Shown: one piece after another, positions 61,560 to 62,000 of the stretch
How positions within the stretch are numbered: position 1 is the first letter of the stretch
How the letters are laid out: each line of letters opens with the position of its first letter
From: Chiloscyllium plagiosum
Taxonomy: Eukaryota
Assembly (NCBI RefSeq): GCF_004010195.1
Contig: NC_057757.1
Location: forward strand, 4,952,416 to 5,014,415
Length of the DNA stretch: 62,000 nt
Direction: 5' to 3'
Position numbers and translations under genes: made by a program
Notes under the pieces: generated by a model
What the model was told of the DNA's origin: nothing
The model's database searches: none
What the model saw: the letters and a program-made list of their open reading frames with translations, nothing else

Positions 61560-62000
61560 GTGAGGATCCGCATTCATTTCATGGGGTTTTGAACAGCATT
61601 TGCTGCTCCATAGGATATTGCTAAGCAGCCAAGGTTATGCAGTGGACTGGTTCGTTGGATGATGTGCACTAATTATGTGTAAATATTTTCAAATCAAGTT
61701 ACATCACATTCATTCTGCTGTGTAAAATGAGGCCCATCTCTCCCTTCCCAAATTTTCTCCTCTGCTTCCCTGTAGGCTTGAATTCCTGCTTGGCTCCCAG
61801 TCCTTTGGGCATGCAGGCCAGAGCAGGACCAGTGATAGTGCTATTGGTGATGGGTTTTTTGTTGTTGCTACATTACTAAGTTTTCATACTCACAAGTTTT
61901 GTTTTCGTATTTTCTGTAAACGTTGCCAAAATTCATCACTGTAGGCCATTAGTGCTATGTGCTGTGATTCAGGCTTTTTGCAACCGATTTAAAGGAAGAA

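Overview
This is AT-rich, repeat-dense vertebrate DNA. The repeats (HE1-type V-SINEs, CR1/HER1-type LINEs, DeuSINE/SacSINE1-like SINEs, Penelope-like elements) point to a shark, probably a carpet or bamboo shark; that assignment is an inference. The one host gene is a + strand GIGYF-family translational repressor, most likely GIGYF1. I traced 16 coding exons by hand from the ATG at 30983 to 61559. All introns are GT-AG with consistent phases, giving 2050 nt (683 codons + 1 nt) with the 4EHP-binding motif, the DDX6-binding motif and the GYF domain; the gene runs off the right edge. Bases 1-30958 have no CpG island and no other gene, so they are probably 5'-UTR intron(s), with one good candidate non-coding exon carrying a uORF. 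The most striking non-genic signal is a set of Penelope-derived elements. Four are ~205-230 bp palindromes with 14-16 bp target-site duplications and a constant 33-35 nt unpaired tail, and they fold back at a minimal hammerhead-ribozyme motif. At least three unrelated Penelope-like families here show the same CUGANGA-N-stemII-GAAA-NN-UH layout. Penelope hammerheads are known in general; whether these palindromic mini-elements have been described I cannot check. Nearly all entries in the ORF track are spurious, repeat-derived, or only overlap single GIGYF exons. Coordinates were counted by eye, and boundaries of old repeats are approximate.
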